DNA of 64,000 nt from an uncultured Verrucomicrobiae bacterium. GTDB taxonomy: Bacteria > Verrucomicrobiota > Verrucomicrobiia > Chthoniobacterales > JAATET01. Shown here piece by piece: positions 8,743-17,826 of the stretch (position 1 is the stretch's first letter; every line of letters starts with the position of its first letter). The stretch covers positions 32,001 to 96,000 of the forward strand of contig CAVRCI010000011.1 in the NCBI GenBank assembly GCA_963719495.1, read 5' to 3'. Made by a program: the position numbers and the translations under genes. The notes beneath the pieces are model-generated. The model was not told where the DNA came from. It saw only the letters and a program-made list of their open reading frames with translations, and did no database searches.

Positions 8743-10064
8743 GCGATCCGGCGGACGATCTGCGGCGGGTCGGGCGCGTGCGGGCGGCGTTGCCGGAGGC
8801 GGGGCTTTTTCACGAAAAGACGTGGCGGGTGTCGCCCCGGGCGTTCCGGATCTCCGCGGAATTTGCGGACGAGTTGGACAAGCTCGGGTATCGGCTGGCG
8901 AAGTTCGTGCGGGCGTGCAACGACCTGTATCGGCTGAGCGCGGACGGGCGGGAGCCGGGGTGGATCGCGGAGTTGCTGGATCGCGGGAAGCCGCCGGATT
9001 TGATCGAACTCGCGCGGGAGCGGGCGTTTTTGCAGGACATCCCGCGGGTGATTCGGCCGGACGTGATTCTCACCGAGGATGGCTACACGATCGCGGAGCT
9101 GGACAGCGTGCCGGGTGGGATCGGACTGACGGGATGGTTGGGCGGCGTTTATTCCGAGCTGGGCGAGGATGTGTTGGGCGGAGCGGATGGGATGGTCGAG
9201 GGGTTCGCTTCGATCGTTCCGGGTGGGGGTGACATCGTGGTGTCGGAGGAGGCGGCGACTTACCGACCGGAGATGGATTACATCGCCGCGCGGATGAATG
9301 AAAAATTTGAAATGGGAAATAAGAAATGGCGGGTGGTCGACGGGGGGGCGCGGGAGGATTGGGCGGAGCGGGTGTATCGGTTTTTCGAGCTGTTCGATTG
9401 GGCGAACGTGCCGGCGGCGGCGGGGTTGGCGGAGCGGGCTCGGGCGGGGTCGGTGAGCGTGACTCCGCCGTTCAAGCCGTGGATGGAGGAGAAGATCTGG
9501 TTCGCGCTGTTCTGGCTGAAGCCGCTGGAGGGTTATTGGCGGAAGGCGCTGGGGGCGCGGGCGATGAGCGAGCTGCGGCGGGTGATCCCGTATTCGTGGG
9601 TGATGAATCCGGAGCCGCTGCCGGTGCACGCGGTGTTGCCGGGGTTGGGGGTGAACTCGTGGGACGAGGTGGCGGATTTCAGTCAGAAGGAGCGGGAGTT
9701 GATTCTCAAGGTGAGTGGGTTCAGCGAGACGGCTTGGGGGTCGCGGGGCGTGGTCATGGCGCAGGATGTGCCGCAGGTCGAGTGGCGGGCGGCGGTGGAG
9801 GAGGCGCTGGGGCGCTATGGGGATCAGCCGCATTTGTTGCAGCGGTTTCACAAGGGGCGGTTGGTCGAGCAGCCGTGGTTCGACGAGTCGATCGGGGAGG
9901 TGGTGACGATGTCGGGGCGGGTGCGGCTCTGTCCGTATTACTTCCTCGGGGACGAGCGGGCGCGGGTGAAGTGCTCGGGGGCGCTGGCGACGATCTGCCC
10001 GGCGGACAAGAAGCTGCTGCACGGGATGACGGACGCGATTCTCGTGCCGACGGCGGTGGGTTGA
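8739..10064 (+). CDS. Hypothetical protein, probable circularly permuted ATP-grasp / glutathionylspermidine-synthase-like ligase
   Basis: GTGA overlap with ruvA; IRPDVIL...IAELDSVPGGIG, LILKVSGFSETAWGSRGV and LQRF resemble ATP-grasp motifs. Confidence 0.6.
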   Translation: MSDPADDLRRVGRVRAALPEAGLFHEKTWRVSPRAFRISAEFADELDKLGYRLAKFVRACNDLYRLSADGREPGWIAELLDRGKPPDLIELARERAFLQDIPRVIRPDVILTEDGYTIAELDSVPGGIGLTGWLGGVYSELGEDVLGGADGMVEGFASIVPGGGDIVVSEEAATYRPEMDYIAARMNEKFEMGNKKWRVVDGGAREDWAERVYRFFELFDWANVPAAAGLAERARAGSVSVTPPFKPWMEEKIWFALFWLKPLEGYWRKALGARAMSELRRVIPYSWVMNPEPLPVHAVLPGLGVNSWDEVADFSQKERELILKVSGFSETAWGSRGVVMAQDVPQVEWRAAVEEALGRYGDQPHLLQRFHKGRLVEQPWFDESIGEVVTMSGRVRLCPYYFLGDERARVKCSGALATICPADKKLLHGMTDAILVPTAVG

Positions 10065-10102
10065 GGATTGCTGGGGTGGCGCGGTTCGATCAAAGTCCCC
10101 GG

Positions 10103-10591
10103 GTGCGAATTCTTGGAATTTTGATGATGATGGCTCTCGCGGGATGCGCGAGCCGTGGGCCGGTCGGCGAGGCTTATCTGGAGCGGACGACTTATCAGAA
10201 GATTTACGTGAGTTCGTATTCGGGGGCTTCGAGCTCGCCGGACGCGGCGGCGGTGACGGCGCGGGGGACGCGTTATCAGAGTGGGTCGATCTCGAGCGCT
10301 TCGGCGGATTGGTCGCGCTGGCCGGTGGGAACGATCTTTCGCGTGCTGGCGACGGGGGATCTCTACGAGGTGGATGATTTCACGGAGAACGTCGTGGGGA
10401 GGAACGAGATGCTGCTCTACAAGCCGCTGCGTCCGAACGTGGCGAATTCACCCCGGCAATACGTGACGATCGAGATCATCACTTGGGGGAGCCCGCGGAA
10501 GAGTGCGGCGATCCTGCAGCAGAATCGGTCGAGCACGGCGAAGCGGATCCTGGCGGAGTTGGTGGGGCGGTATCCGGCTTCGGATCGGTAG
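10103..10591 (+). CDS. 3D-domain (double-psi beta-barrel) lipoprotein
   Basis: Lipobox LAGC; SASADWSRWPVGTIFRV...YEVDD...LLYKP. Confidence 0.7.
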   Translation: MRILGILMMMALAGCASRGPVGEAYLERTTYQKIYVSSYSGASSSPDAAAVTARGTRYQSGSISSASADWSRWPVGTIFRVLATGDLYEVDDFTENVVGRNEMLLYKPLRPNVANSPRQYVTIEIITWGSPRKSAAILQQNRSSTAKRILAELVGRYPASDR

Positions 10592-10631
10592 GTTTGTTGG
10601 ACAGGATTGACGGGATTCTCAGGATTTTTTT

Positions 10632-11075
10632 CTAATAGTAGTAGCCTTCGGGGAGGTTGAAGGCGTTTTCCACGACCTGGATTTTTGGAGTGGGGTCGAG
10701 GAGGACTTCGACTACGTCGAAGCGGAAGGTGATGTCGGGGAGATCGAGGAGGCGGAGCCAGGCCATGGCTCCCTGGACGATGCGGCGGCGTTGTTTGCGG
10801 TCGACGGCGGCCAGGGGGCGGCCGAAATTTTCGGTGGCGCGGGTTTTTACTTCGGCGAAGACGAGGGTGTCGCCGTGGCGGCAGACCAGGTCGATTTCCC
10901 CGCCCCGTTTGCCCCGGAAGTTGCGGTAGAGGATTTTGTAGCCCTGGCGGCGGAGGTGCCGGGCGGCCAGGCGCTCGCCGAGGCGGCCTCGGACGAGGTG
11001 CGGGGCCTGGCTGGGCCTAGTGCGAAAGGTGCCCCACGGGGGCGAAACTGCGGCGATGAATCGCGCAAGGTCCAT
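10632..11075 (-). CDS. yraN: YraN (UPF0102) family protein
   Basis: GERLAARHL..GYKILYRNFR..GEIDLV..LVFAEVKTR..RFDVV; start uncertain. Confidence 0.9.
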   Translation of the reverse strand: MDLARFIAAVSPPWGTFRTRPSQAPHLVRGRLGERLAARHLRRQGYKILYRNFRGKRGGEIDLVCRHGDTLVFAEVKTRATENFGRPLAAVDRKQRRRIVQGAMAWLRLLDLPDITFRFDVVEVLLDPTPKIQVVENAFNLPEGYYY

Positions 11076-11628
11076 GCTCGCGGAGGCTAGCGAGGTGGGC
11101 GGCGGTTGCATAGCCCTTGTGCTGCTCGAATCCGTAGACCGGGTAGTCGCGGGCGAAGGTGTCCATCAACCGATCGCGGGTGACTTTGGCGATGATGCTG
11201 GCGGCGGCGATGCTGCTGCTGATGGCGTCGCCGTGGACGATGGCGGTCTGCGGGATGGGAAAGGGTTCGACGCGGAGGCCGTCGATGAGGACGTGATGGG
11301 GCCGGAGCGAGAGGGCCTCGACGGCTTCGCGCATGGCGGCGTGGGTCGCGCCGAGGATGTTGAGCCGGTCGATGTCGCGGGGATCGCGGTGCGCGGTGGC
11401 CCAGGAGACGAGGGGATTCGAGACGAGGTGATCGTAGAGGCGGTTGCGGGCGAGCGCGGTGAGCTTCTTGGAGTCGTCGAGGCCCGAGACGTCGAATCCG
11501 AGGGGCAGAATGACGGCGGCGGCGACGACGGGTCCCGCCAAGGGGCCGCGGCCCGCTTCGTCAACGCCCGCGACCGGGGCGTGACCTTGGGCGATGAGGC
11601 GTTGTTCGGTCTCGAAAGTGCAGGGCAC
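11017..11628 (-). CDS. rnhB: Ribonuclease HII
   Basis: AGVDEAGRGPLAGPVVAAA, DSKKL, SIAAASIIAKVTRD, HKGY, HRRSF. Confidence 0.97.
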   Translation of the reverse strand: MPCTFETEQRLIAQGHAPVAGVDEAGRGPLAGPVVAAAVILPLGFDVSGLDDSKKLTALARNRLYDHLVSNPLVSWATAHRDPRDIDRLNILGATHAAMREAVEALSLRPHHVLIDGLRVEPFPIPQTAIVHGDAISSSIAAASIIAKVTRDRLMDTFARDYPVYGFEQHKGYATAAHLASLREHGPCAIHRRSFAPVGHLSH

Positions 11629-11703
11629 GGTCGTTTACTGGGGAGGTAAATTGGTGGGGGCGCAGCGGTCGGGTGACCGCTGCCGGGAATCCGAGCGCCG
11701 CGG

Positions 11704-12057
11704 TTAGCGCTGAAAGGGCCGCTCTTTGACCGTGGTGGCGGACTTGCCGATCCGGTCGCGGAGGTAATTGAGCTTGGCGCGGCGGACGAGGCCACGGCGC
11801 TCGACTTCGATCCTGGCGACGCGGGGCGAGTGAACGGGAAACACGCGCTCGACGCCTTCGCCGTAGCTGATGCGGCGGACCGTGAAGGCGGCGTTGACGC
11901 CGGTGCCTTTGCGACCGATGACGATGCCGGCGAAGATCTGAATTCGCTCCTTGTCTCCCTCGACCACGCGGGTGTGGACTTTCACGGTATCGCCTACTGC
12001 GAATTTCGTGACGTCCGTCTTCATTTGTTCCTGTTCGATGCGATCAATGACGTTCAT
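11704..12057 (-). CDS. rplS: 50S ribosomal protein L19
   Basis: [45 protein letters not shown]. Confidence 0.98.
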   Translation of the reverse strand: MNVIDRIEQEQMKTDVTKFAVGDTVKVHTRVVEGDKERIQIFAGIVIGRKGTGVNAAFTVRRISYGEGVERVFPVHSPRVARIEVERRGLVRRAKLNYLRDRIGKSATTVKERPFQR

Positions 12058-12206
12058 GGCCGGTAAATTTGTGGGTTGGAGAGGTTGGCGAGATACCGGG
12101 GATATGCAAGCACGGAATTTTGCACGAAATTTGGACGCGGAATTTGATTTGCGCGAACGCTAGAAAGTTTTTCGCGCGATGACCGCCTTTTCGGACGGAG
12201 GGGGGT

Positions 12207-12850
12207 TCACTGGATGGGGGCGAGGAGGCGGGCGGCGCGGGCTTTGAGGCGGAAGAAGAAGTTGGCATCGGTCATGTTGGCGGCGGTGGCGGGTTTGCTG
12301 CGCTCGAAGTCGGCTTCAAGCATGGTCGCGACCTGGCTGGTGAAGTCGCGGTCGAAGACGGCGGCGGTGACTTCGAAGTTGAGCCGGAACGAGCGGTTGT
12401 CGAAATTGGCCGTGCCGACGGTGGCGAAGTCGTCGTCGACGAGCATGACCTTCTGGTGCGTGAATCCGTCGGTGTATCGCGGGACCTGAATGCCCTCGAG
12501 GTCGTCGACGAGGCGCTTGACCGTCGGGCTGATTGCCTTGCGCGTGTCCGGGCGGGCGACGAAGTAACCTTCGAAATCGCTGTGTCCAAAGATCCAGTAA
12601 ACCGGGAGCGCGAGGACGGGCATGGTATTGAGCGCGGCGGTAGTTGCGGGCGAAATCGGTGTCGAGGAGGCCATGAGATCTTTGACCGCGAGGTGGGGGG
12701 CGTCGGGGTTGCCGCCGTCGGCGGGGAGGCGGGTGATGAAAGTTTTGTCGGCGAGGCGTTCGCGGCGTTCTTCGGGGGATGCCGCGCGGCCGGCGAGGAG
12801 CAGAACGAGGAAAATGGAGAGCGGTCGAATGAACGTAATGGCGGTGAACT
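12207..12850 (-). pseudogene. Internally deleted cardiolipin synthase remnant fused to an unrelated N-terminal fragment
   Basis: Cls N-region PVLALPVYWIFG joined almost directly to the second HKD (HQKVMLVDD..VGTANFDNRSFRLNFE); first PLD domain absent. Confidence 0.7.
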
Positions 12851-12946
12851 CGGACGAATTTACGCGGGACGGGGGGATTGTCAGAACGATCCACCGCCGC
12901 GCCCGGGCTTGACGGCGGGGGCGGGGAGGAGCGAAGGGTCTGGGTC

Positions 12947-13519
12947 ATGAAACGAATTCTTTTCTCCCTCCTGGTCGCAATTGGTGTGACGCCGCTTTTC
13001 GCAGCGGATAACGTCGCCGACATGGAAGACATCAAAGTTGTAATGAAGACCTCGGCTGGCGACATCGATCTCACGCTGTTCGCGTCGAAGGCTCCCGTGA
13101 CGGTCGCGAATTTTCTCAATCTCGCCAAAAGCGGTTACTACGACGGGATCAAATTTCACCGCGTGATCGCGAATTTCATGATTCAGGGCGGCGATCCCGA
13201 CGGGACGGGCGCGGGTGGGCCCGGGTATTCGTTCGAGGATGAATTCGATCCGTCCCTCAAGCACGACAAGCCCGGCATCCTCTCGATGGCGAACCGCGGA
13301 CCGAAGACGAACGGGAGTCAGTTTTTCATCACCCACGTTCCGACGCCGCACCTCGACGGGAAGCACACCGTTTTCGGCGAAGTGACGTCCGGGCAGGACG
13401 TCGTGAACAAGGTGAAGCAGGGCGACACCATCGAGACCATCGAGATCAAGGATTCGACCGACGCGCTCTTCGAGGCGAAGGCGGACCGGATCGCCGAGTG
13501 GAATAAATCGCTCAAGTAA
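12947..13519 (+). CDS. Cyclophilin-type peptidyl-prolyl isomerase, exported
   Basis: Signal peptide; [43 protein letters not shown]. Confidence 0.96.
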   Translation: MKRILFSLLVAIGVTPLFAADNVADMEDIKVVMKTSAGDIDLTLFASKAPVTVANFLNLAKSGYYDGIKFHRVIANFMIQGGDPDGTGAGGPGYSFEDEFDPSLKHDKPGILSMANRGPKTNGSQFFITHVPTPHLDGKHTVFGEVTSGQDVVNKVKQGDTIETIEIKDSTDALFEAKADRIAEWNKSLK

Positions 13520-13557
13520 TCGTTTCGCTCAGATAGCGGGCGGCATCGAGAATCGGC

Positions 13558-13953
13558 GTGACCGCGGCTTATCTTTGGGTGGCCGCGGGTGGCGCGGTCG
13601 GCAGTGCGCTGCGCTTCGGGCTTTCCGAATGGATGGCGGCCCGCTTCGGCGGTGCTTTTCCCTGGGGAACGCTGGCGGTGAACGTCGCAGGGTCGTGCCT
13701 GATCGGAGTCTTCGCGGCTCTGGCGGCTCCGGATGGGGTGAGGTATCTGGCGGGGACTTCGGGGCGGGCGCTGCTGATGGTCGGCGTGTGCGGTGGGTTC
13801 ACGACCTTCTCGAGCTTCAGTCTGCAGACTTTGGCCCTGGCCCAGGAGGGGCATTGGGTCGCGGCGGCGGCGAATGTCCTGGGTTCGGTTGTCGCATGTT
13901 TGATTGCTGTGGTGGCGGGGTTCGCGGTGGGAGAGTGGGCGATTGCGCGCTGA
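13558..13953 (+). CDS. crcB: Fluoride efflux channel Fluc/CrcB
   Basis: GGAVGSALR, FPWGTLAVN, GVCGGFTTFSSF. Confidence 0.95.
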   Translation: MTAAYLWVAAGGAVGSALRFGLSEWMAARFGGAFPWGTLAVNVAGSCLIGVFAALAAPDGVRYLAGTSGRALLMVGVCGGFTTFSSFSLQTLALAQEGHWVAAAANVLGSVVACLIAVVAGFAVGEWAIAR

Positions 13954-14128
13954 CGCTGTTGGCTCGAGAATCATGACACGCCGCGGGCTTGGCCTGGGTC
14001 GATGGTGCGCCGAGGTTGTTTCCAACCTTTGCTGCCAACGACGGGGTTGGGGGATGGGGATGAAGCCCAGCTCGACGTGGGCTATGTGGGCGAATTGACA
14101 AATTTGCGAATGCTGTTCGGATTAGGGG

Positions 14129-14620
14129 ATGAAGAATCTGTTTCCGATCCTTGTTTTTCTCGCGACATTTGCGCTGACTGCTCCAGCGGAAGCCCGGGGT
14201 TTGTCGGATCTGGCGGGGAAGTATCCGACTGGGTTGCTGGTGATCTCGCAGGGTGAGAAGACGCGGCTCCTGGGGACGGTGGCGCTGACGGTGGGCTCGA
14301 ACGAGGCGGGGTCGCGGGGGCGCATCGTTTTCAAGGGGCGGATCGGGGAGGATGATTTCCGCACGAAGATCACGCTCAAGGGGCGGAAATTTGTCATGAC
14401 TTCGCTGCTGCCGGGAATCGACGGGTTTGGGCAACGCGTGTCGGGCAAGGCGAAGCTTCGGAAAGATGGCGTGACGCTGTCGGCGAAGCTGGCGGGGCAA
14501 GTGAGTGGCGAGGGGGATTGGGAAATTGGCTTCGACGCGTTTGGGCGGATTTTGACCATCGCTGGAAAGATTTCGCCAAACGGTGGTGACCCGATCTTTG
14601 TGAATTTCACGGCTGGTTAG
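14129..14620 (+). CDS. Secreted hypothetical beta-rich protein
   Basis: ATG with upstream AGGGG; signal peptide ending AEA. Confidence 0.65.
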   Translation: MKNLFPILVFLATFALTAPAEARGLSDLAGKYPTGLLVISQGEKTRLLGTVALTVGSNEAGSRGRIVFKGRIGEDDFRTKITLKGRKFVMTSLLPGIDGFGQRVSGKAKLRKDGVTLSAKLAGQVSGEGDWEIGFDAFGRILTIAGKISPNGGDPIFVNFTAG

Positions 14621-14630
14621 GTCGTAGGGA

Positions 14631-14658
14631 TTGATTTTCCGCCGTTGGCTTCTAGCTT
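14631..14658 (+). promoter_or_regulatory. sigma70-like promoter of tRNA-Val
   Basis: TTGATT-16nt-TAGCTT just upstream of the tRNA. Confidence 0.5.
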
Positions 14659-14677
14659 CGACGCAGGTTTTGCGACC

Positions 14678-14749
14678 GGGCAGTTAGCTCAGCGGTAGAG
14701 CGGCTCGTTTACACCGAGTTGGTCGGGGGTTCGATCCCCTCACTGCCCA
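14678..14749 (+). tRNA. tRNA-Val(TAC)
   Basis: Acceptor GGGCAGT/ACTGCCC, anticodon arm CTCG-TT-TAC-AC-CGAG, GGTTCGATCC T-loop; CCA not fully encoded. Confidence 0.95.
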
Positions 14750-14802
14750 CATTTTTTTCCGAGGCCCGTCCGGTTTGACGGGGATGTTCGAATGGTGGGG
14801 TG

Positions 14803-15144
14803 ATGAATATTTTCAAAGTTGGCGCGATTGCGGGTCTTATCGTGGGTCTGGTCGGGTGTGAAACGATGTCGACGGGGTCGCTGCTGCAAAGTGGACTGGC
14901 GGCGGCGGTGCGGAGTTATGCCGGGCGCGACGTGTCGCCGAATCAGCCGCGCGGCGCGTATCGGCGGGATGACGGGTATCGGGACGATTACCGGAACTAC
15001 CGGGACGACGACCGGCGCTACGTGCGGGAGTCGACGGGGTCACAGCGGTTTGGGCCTTACCGGAACTCGCGCGGGCAGGATTATGTGATCGTGCGGAACT
15101 ACTACAGCGATGGGTCGTATGAGGACTCGCCGCAGTTGTATTGA
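14803..15144 (+). CDS. Small lipoprotein, Arg/Asp/Tyr-rich
   Basis: Lipobox LVGC after hydrophobic signal. Confidence 0.6.
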   Translation: MNIFKVGAIAGLIVGLVGCETMSTGSLLQSGLAAAVRSYAGRDVSPNQPRGAYRRDDGYRDDYRNYRDDDRRYVRESTGSQRFGPYRNSRGQDYVIVRNYYSDGSYEDSPQLY

Positions 15145-15286
15145 GAGATGCGAAATGCCGCCTAAGGCGGACGATTGGACCGTTCGGTGGCGGGGACGCC
15201 AGCGACAGCAGGCCGGGAGGCCTGCGCTCCCCTTGATCTGATTTGCGCTTTGCGCTGGTTGCGGGACGGGGCATCTTCTCCGGACT

Positions 15287-16591
15287 TTGAAGAAGCCGTT
15301 TCCTCTCTTTCTTGCGCTGCGCTACCTGAAGCCGAAGCGGACTTTTGTCTCGGTCATCACGCTGATCTCGATCGTCGGGGTGACGCTGGGGATCACCGTG
15401 CTCATTCTGGTGATCTCGGTGATGACGGGGTTCGAGCGGGAGCTTCAGCGGAAGGTGATCGGGTTCGATCCGCACGTGGAGGTGCGGCGGGGGCCGATCA
15501 TGGAGGATTGGAAGGGGATTTCGGAACGAATCCTGACGGTGCCGCAGGTGGATGCGGTGACGCCGTTCGTGCAGGGGCCGGCGCTGGTGCAATTTCGGGG
15601 TCGGCGGTTGGCGCCGATCGTCCGGGCGATCGACGTGGATTCGGAATCGCCGGCGAAAATAGCGGAAATGGAGAAGTTCATTCTCGAGGGTGGGGAGCTG
15701 GATCTGAATGGCGATTGTTGCGTGATCGGATCGGAGATTGCGCGACAATTGGGGTTGATGGTGGGGGATACTCTGACGTTTTTCTCACCGGAGAATTTGC
15801 AGGCGGCAGAGCAACGGCTGACCTCGCTCAAGAGCGGTGGCGGGGAGGCGAATCCTGAGGAGCTGGAGTCGGTGAAGCAGCTCATCATCCCGACGGATTT
15901 GACGGTGACCGGGATCTTCGAAAGCGGGCGGTACCTCTACGACAGCCAGTTCATTCTGCTGCCGCTTCACATCGGGCAGGAGCTCTACGGGCTGGACGGG
16001 AACGAGGTGCACGGGTTGGCGGTGACTTCGCTGGACGCGTATCAGGCCGAGGTGATCAAGCAGGAGATCATGAGCGGGGTGGGACCGATGTTCACCGCGC
16101 TGACGTGGGTGGATTTGAACAAGCAGCTGTTCGAGGCGATCGCGATGGAGCGGACGGTGATGTTTTTTCTGCTGATGTTCATCATTCTGGTCGCAGCGTT
16201 TGGGATCATGAACACGTTGATCACGGTGACGGTGCAGAAGACGCGGGAGATCGGGATCATCAAGGCGCTGGGTGCGAAGACACATCAGATCGTGGGGGTG
16301 TTTCTGGCTCAGGGGATGGTGGTGGGATTCTTCGGGACCTTGTGCGGGCTGGGTCTGGGGATGGCGTTGATTCAATGGCGGAACGAGGTGTCGCGGTGGT
16401 TGGCGACGGCGCTGGGGATCGAGATTTTCCCGGCTTCGGTTTACCAATTTCAGGAGATCCCGGCGGAGGTGATTCCTTCCGACGTGGCGATCATTTGCGT
16501 GAGCGCGTTCGTGATTTGTTCGTTGGCGGCGCTGGTTCCGGCTTACGCGGCGGCTCGGTTGGATCCGGTGAAGGCGCTGCGGTATGAGTGA
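15287..16591 (+). CDS. Lipoprotein-releasing ABC transporter permease (LolC/LolE family)
   Basis: ALRYL..ISIVGVTLG..SVMTGF; KTREIGIIKALGA; AARLDPVKALRYE. Confidence 0.93.
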   Translation: MKKPFPLFLALRYLKPKRTFVSVITLISIVGVTLGITVLILVISVMTGFERELQRKVIGFDPHVEVRRGPIMEDWKGISERILTVPQVDAVTPFVQGPALVQFRGRRLAPIVRAIDVDSESPAKIAEMEKFILEGGELDLNGDCCVIGSEIARQLGLMVGDTLTFFSPENLQAAEQRLTSLKSGGGEANPEELESVKQLIIPTDLTVTGIFESGRYLYDSQFILLPLHIGQELYGLDGNEVHGLAVTSLDAYQAEVIKQEIMSGVGPMFTALTWVDLNKQLFEAIAMERTVMFFLLMFIILVAAFGIMNTLITVTVQKTREIGIIKALGAKTHQIVGVFLAQGMVVGFFGTLCGLGLGMALIQWRNEVSRWLATALGIEIFPASVYQFQEIPAEVIPSDVAIICVSAFVICSLAALVPAYAAARLDPVKALRYE

Positions 16592-16598
16592 GGCTTTT

Positions 16599-16751
16599 TT
16601 GAACAGAAGGGAACGAAGGGAACGAAGAATGCAGTGCGTTTGAACAGAAGGTCGCAAAGGTCGCAAAGGGATGGAGGAAATCCGGAGGGGGTGACCTGAG
16701 CGCAGCTCAGGTCACCCCCTTTGCGATCTTTGCGACCTTCTGTTCAAAAGC
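16599..16751. repeat. REP family TTGAACAGAAGGTCGCAAAG...CTTTGCGACCTTCTGTTCAAA with internal 15-bp hairpin
   Basis: 9-nt-period inverted arms; related copies at about 51721-51865, 55190-55305 and 61129-61266. Confidence 0.85.
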
Positions 16752-17779
16752 ATTTCATCCGCCGCTCGCGAGCAGCCTCGGGGGAGGGCGGTGGGGTCTC
16801 GGCCGATGAGTTCGAAATTTTCTCCGCGGCGAATGGCGAGGTCCTGGGTTTGGATCGCGCAGCAGCTTCCGAGGTTCGCGGCGTCGAAGAGGCGGAGGAC
16901 TCCGGTGACTCCGTCGGGGACTTCGGTGTTGGTTTCGGGGTCGATGACGAGGCCGCGGGCCCAGGTGGGGTGGGCGTGGGGTTGGCCGAGGCCGCGGGTG
17001 TAGAATTGGGAGGAGAGCTCGGTCATGCCGTATTCGTTGACGACCTGGTCGGCGGGGAGGCCGAGGTGGTGGGTGAATCGGGCGTAGAGGTCGGGTTTTT
17101 CGATCTGGCGGCTGGTGCCCTTGTAGCCGCCGGTTTCGACGGCGAGGGAGCCGGGCGGGAGGGTGAGTTGGCGGTCGCCGAGGTGATCGAACCAATCGAG
17201 GAAGGCGAGGGCGGTGCCGAAGAGGACGGTGGGTGAAGTGAGTGCTTCGCACTTTTGGGTTGGTGATCGGCTGGAGCCGGAGCGAAGCGGAGACCGCCGA
17301 AGGCAACCCGATGGCACTGGCTTGGGAATTGCTATCCCTTCGGTCAACCACGACGCCATCTGGCTGAGTGAGGAAAACGGAGCTTCGTCGGCGGTCGGGA
17401 TGAGTGAGATCACTTCCCGGACGGCGGAGAGCCCGGCTTCCTCCCAGCCACGGAGGGCGGCGCGTTGGTAGAGATGTAGAGATTTGAAATGATGTTTGCC
17501 GTAGTCTTCCCCCGTTGTTCCGCTCGTGCGGAAGGTGCGCGTCGTCTCGGAGGCGGGGTGCGCACGGACGGCGGTTTGTTTGAAGACGGACTGGGGAAGG
17601 GCGGGGATCGCCTGCCACGCCGTGGCGGTCGGGAAGGCGGCGCAGTAGCGGTCGTAGGCCGGGTTGGCGGCGCGCTGGAAGGAGTGGATCTCGAGGAGGA
17701 GGTCGCCGAAGGATTCGCGGGACTCGGCGTCGATGAAGCGGGCGATCCGGGTTTCGAGGGTGGCGTAGTCGGCGGGCAT
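16712..17779 (-). CDS. Acyl-protein synthetase LuxE-like protein
   Basis: FRTSGTT, VETGGYKG, NEYGMTELSSQFY, IQTQDL, RGCS C-terminus; carries an in-frame repeat insertion. Confidence 0.85.
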   Translation of the reverse strand: MPADYATLETRIARFIDAESRESFGDLLLEIHSFQRAANPAYDRYCAAFPTATAWQAIPALPQSVFKQTAVRAHPASETTRTFRTSGTTGEDYGKHHFKSLHLYQRAALRGWEEAGLSAVREVISLIPTADEAPFSSLSQMASWLTEGIAIPKPVPSGCLRRSPLRSGSSRSPTQKCEALTSPTVLFGTALAFLDWFDHLGDRQLTLPPGSLAVETGGYKGTSRQIEKPDLYARFTHHLGLPADQVVNEYGMTELSSQFYTRGLGQPHAHPTWARGLVIDPETNTEVPDGVTGVLRLFDAANLGSCCAIQTQDLAIRRGENFELIGRDPTALPRGCSRAADEMLLNRRSQRSQRG

Positions 17780-17826
17780 GGTGCGGGTTTCGAAATTGTC
17801 ACATCGGAGGGCGGGGTCAATCGGGT

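Noticed and set aside
13520..13557. Fluoride riboswitch upstream of crcB
   Set aside because: Only 38 nt and lacks the GGCGATGG..CGCC core
16712..17779. Bioluminescence (lux) operon
   Set aside because: Lone LuxE-like gene with no luxA/B/C/D in the window
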